Assembly: GCA_013239625.1 (NCBI GenBank)
Contig: MU055783.1
Span: forward strand, 12,559,202 to 12,623,201
Direction: 5' to 3'
Length of the DNA stretch: 64,000 bases
Source of the DNA: Lama guanicoe
Lineage: Eukaryota
Under the pieces are notes generated by a model, which made no database searches, was not told the origin of the DNA, and saw only the letters and a list, made by a program, of their open reading frames with translations. This document shows, one piece after another, positions 63,690 through 64,000 of this stretch. Each line of letters begins with the position of its first letter. Within the stretch, counting starts at the first letter, position 1. Made by a program: the position numbers and the translations under genes.

Positions 63690-64000
63690 AACAGATCTAC
63701 ATTGAGCAACTACTCTGGGTTTAGACTATGCCATGTATTTGAGCTAAAGAAATAAAAACACAGCTAACACTTCAGGAAAGTCATAGTCCACTGGGGAAAA
63801 GAGGGAAGTAAAATAGTAGCTGTGAAACGGGAGATCAGTGTTACGACAGGTATGTTCTGAGGTGTTGCTGAAACACCGAAGAAGAACAGCTGAATCCGAG
63901 TGGGAGGCTTAGGGGAGTCTGATGGACAGTGACGGTACAGCAAGCCCAGGCGAAGCACGTGGACATTCAAAGATAGCGCAGATGCAGCACACAGCACCCA
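63690..64000 (-). mobile_element. L2 fragment (runs off the window)
   Basis: attgagcaactactctggg...acttcaggaaagtcatagtccactgggga...acattcaaagatagcgca...gcacacag. Confidence 0.5.

Noticed and set aside
1-64000. CRISPR array, operon, prophage or other prokaryote-type system
   Set aside because: Sequence is mammalian, with no regularly spaced repeat-spacer array and no long coding ORFs

Overview
Mammalian (eutherian) non-coding genomic DNA, AT-rich and CpG-depleted. The young L1 3' UTRs look cetartiodactyl and probably camelid; I see no Alu, Bov-A/BovB, PRE-1 or Can-SINE. I recognise no intact host protein-coding exon or RNA gene. The ORF track is almost all chance ORFs, N-spanning artefacts or transposon remnants (L1 ORF1p/ORF2p, ERVL protease/integrase). 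A large part of the window is interspersed repeats: many MIR and L2 fragments, old and young L1s, HAL1, MaLR (MLT1) LTRs, ERVL LTRs and internal fragments, MER21 and hAT-Charlie MITEs such as MER20. The clearest structure is a young 5'-truncated L1 nested in the ORF1 of an older L1, with a perfect 17-bp target-site duplication (23946-25201). Younger L1s are mostly on +, and several exon-like segments with good splice signals lie on -, which weakly suggests an intron of a minus-strand gene or lncRNA. The best leads are an unexplained mRNA-like block (about 10955-11870, possible decayed retrocopy), CpG-retaining motif clusters (about 6030-6170 and 49700-49890), an RFX X-box, template-switch palindromes inside LTRs, a scrambled ERVL relic and an 86-nt microsatellite-derived hairpin. 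I found no convincing novel biological system. Repeat family names come from recalled consensus sequences and boundaries are approximate.
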